From the NCBI RefSeq assembly GCF_964059055.1, contig NZ_OZ060386.1:150001-182000 (forward strand): a DNA stretch of 32,000 nt, in the 5' to 3' direction. Position numbers and translations under genes: made by a program. Shown piece by piece: positions 30,936 through 32,000 of the stretch; within the stretch, counting starts at the first letter, position 1, and each line of letters opens with the position of its first letter. Below the pieces are notes generated by a model that saw only the letters and a program-made list of their open reading frames with translations, searched no databases and was not told the DNA's origin. This stretch comes from Buchnera aphidicola (Neophyllaphis podocarpi) (GTDB taxonomy: Bacteria > Pseudomonadota > Gammaproteobacteria > Enterobacterales > Enterobacteriaceae).

Positions 30936-31622
30936 CTATTTATTATCAGAATAATTTTTATTCATAGAAACTTCTACATGAGCTTTTCGTATCACTTTAT
31001 TTTTTATAATATATCCTTTTTTTATTACATTAATAATAAAATTATTTGGAATTATTTTAGATTTTGAAAATAATATAGGTTTATGAATATTTTTGTTATA
31101 TATAACATTTTTTTTATTTTCTATTTGAACTCCTAATTTGATTATGTTATCTATTAAAGATTTATATATCAACAAAATACCTTCAGTTTTATATTTTAAA
31201 GTATTATTATTTTTTTCAGTAAAATAATTTATTGTTTTTTCAAAAACATCTAAAAAATTTATTATTTTTTTTATGAATTTTTCAAAAATAATATTTTTTA
31301 TGTTTTTTACATTTTTTTTTGCTTTATTTTTAATATTTATTATTTCTGCTTGAGATCTTAATCTTATTTCTTTAATTTTATTTTCTATATTTTTAATTTT
31401 TTCTTCCAATTCGACTATTTCATCTGTTATAACATTTTCTTTTTCATCTGTTATAACATTTTCTTTTTCATCTGTTATAACATTTTCTTTTTCATCTGTT
31501 ATAACATTTTCTTTTTCATCTGTTATAACATTTTCTTTTTCATCTGTTATAACATTTTCTTTTTCATCTGTTATAACATTTTCTTTTTCATCTGTTATAA
31601 CATTTTCTTTATTTTTTTTCAT
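30936..31622 (-). CDS. grpE: Nucleotide exchange factor GrpE, with a repeat-expanded N-terminal tail
   Basis: 228 aa. From IVELEEKIKN onward it is collinear with the GrpE coiled-coil and C-terminal beta domain (GVQIE...IHKPI...KGYIIKNKVIRKAHVEV). The divergent grpE/nadK arrangement is as in E. coli. Residues 5-68 are 8 x KENVITDE. Confidence 0.9.
   Translation of the reverse strand: MKKNKENVITDEKENVITDEKENVITDEKENVITDEKENVITDEKENVITDEKENVITDEKENVITDEIVELEEKIKNIENKIKEIRLRSQAEIINIKNKAKKNVKNIKNIIFEKFIKKIINFLDVFEKTINYFTEKNNNTLKYKTEGILLIYKSLIDNIIKLGVQIENKKNVIYNKNIHKPILFSKSKIIPNNFIINVIKKGYIIKNKVIRKAHVEVSMNKNYSDNK
31419..31610 (-). repeat. Perfect tandem repeat, 8 x 24 bp, in frame within grpE
   Basis: The plus-strand unit ttcatctgttataacattttcttt starts at 31419 and recurs every 24 nt (31443, 31467, ... 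31587) with no mismatch. On the minus strand each unit reads aaa gaa aat gtt ata aca gat gaa (KENVITDE). Confidence 0.97.
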
Positions 31623-31662
31623 TTAATTTTTACTGATTTATAAATTATTAGTATTTAATCTA

Positions 31663-31691
31663 TTATAAAGATTCATAATTCTGCTTGCAAG
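31663..31691 (-). promoter_or_regulatory. Candidate sigma-32 (heat-shock) promoter of grpE
   Basis: The minus strand reads tctCTTGCAA-N14-CTTTATAA. The sigma-32 consensus is CTTGAAA-N13-14-CCCCATNT. The three -10 mismatches are all C-to-T. The site lies about 40 nt upstream of the grpE ATG. The core cttgcaag is itself an 8-nt palindrome in the only G+C-containing patch of this spacer. Low confidence in an A+T-rich background. Confidence 0.3.
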
Positions 31692-31730
31692 AGAATGATT
31701 TGTATAATTTTGTATAAGGATTTTAATTTA

Positions 31731-32000
31731 ATGAAGAAATACTTTAAACGTATTGGTATAATTGGTCACCCCAGATATTCTAGTTCATTTATTACACATG
31801 AAATAATTTTTAATTGGTTGCTAACTAATAATTATGATGTTGTAGTAGAGTCTAAAATATCTAAATTTATTAAAATTAATAAACCTAATACTGGTTCTAT
31901 TAGTAATATTGGTCAATATTGTGATTTAGCTATAGTTATAGGAGGAGATGGAAATATGTTACATGCTGCGCGTATTCTTTCTTCTTATGATATAAAAGTT
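31731..32000 (+). CDS. nadK: NAD kinase, N-terminal part (3' end lies outside the window)
   Basis: ATG at 31731 with AAGGA 10 nt upstream. The frame stays open to the window end. MKKYFKRIGIIGHPR... DLAIVIGGDGNMLHAAR matches E. coli NadK (MNNHFKCIGIVGHPR ... VVVGGDGNMLGAAR). Absent from the ORF track because no stop lies in the window. Confidence 0.93.
   Translation, partial: MKKYFKRIGIIGHPRYSSSFITHEIIFNWLLTNNYDVVVESKISKFIKINKPNTGSISNIGQYCDLAIVIGGDGNMLHAARILSSYDIKV

Noticed and set aside
31419-31610. Whether the 24-bp direct repeats could be a CRISPR array or mobile-element terminal repeats
   Set aside because: The units are contiguous with no spacers, lie in frame inside grpE, and no cas or transposase genes are nearby. 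This is a coding tandem repeat.
1-32000. Alternative genetic code (UGA as Trp), as in some extremely reduced symbionts
   Set aside because: Trp positions conserved with E. coli are encoded by TGG. TGA terminates nuoK and prs at the positions expected from homology, so the standard bacterial code applies.

Overview
This is an extremely A+T-rich (by eye about four fifths A+T, not computed), gene-dense core-genome segment of a reduced gammaproteobacterial insect endosymbiont. Gene order and collinearity with E. coli orthologs point to Buchnera aphidicola or a very close relative. The order is nuoF(partial)-G-H-I-J-K-L-M-N, mutM, alx/ygjT, accD, folC, prs, ispE, prfA, prmC, sirB1, nadE, ackA, yfaE, nrdB, nrdA, gyrA, a DUF2076-like protein, ahpC, ung, grpE, nadK(partial). 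That gives 29 protein-coding loci under the standard code (TGG for Trp; TGA, TAA and TAG as stops). Several pairs show translational-coupling overlaps: nuoG/H TAATG, nuoK/L ATGA, accD/folC 8 nt. I found no rRNA, tRNA, CRISPR, IS/transposase, prophage, toxin-antitoxin or defence genes. I also found no evidence for a novel multi-gene system; this is housekeeping synteny with the deletion scars typical of reductive evolution (lolB/hemA missing between ispE and prfA, sirB2/kdsA missing around sirB1, pta missing after ackA). The parts worth a second look are small-scale. (1) A perfect 8 x 24-bp in-frame tandem repeat in the N-terminal tail of grpE. (2, 3) Both base-excision glycosylase genes (mutM, ung) carry 1-nt deletions inside poly(A) tracts, the ung one in the longest homopolymer of the window (A13). 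(4) A perfect 44-nt palindrome bridges the convergent ung/grpE 3' ends. (5) A perfect 15-bp hairpin lies between the DUF2076 gene and ahpC. (6) ackA is intact but has no adjacent pta. (7) A conserved uncharacterised DUF2076-type protein is retained. All coordinates and counts were derived by hand from the sequence, and no database search was run.
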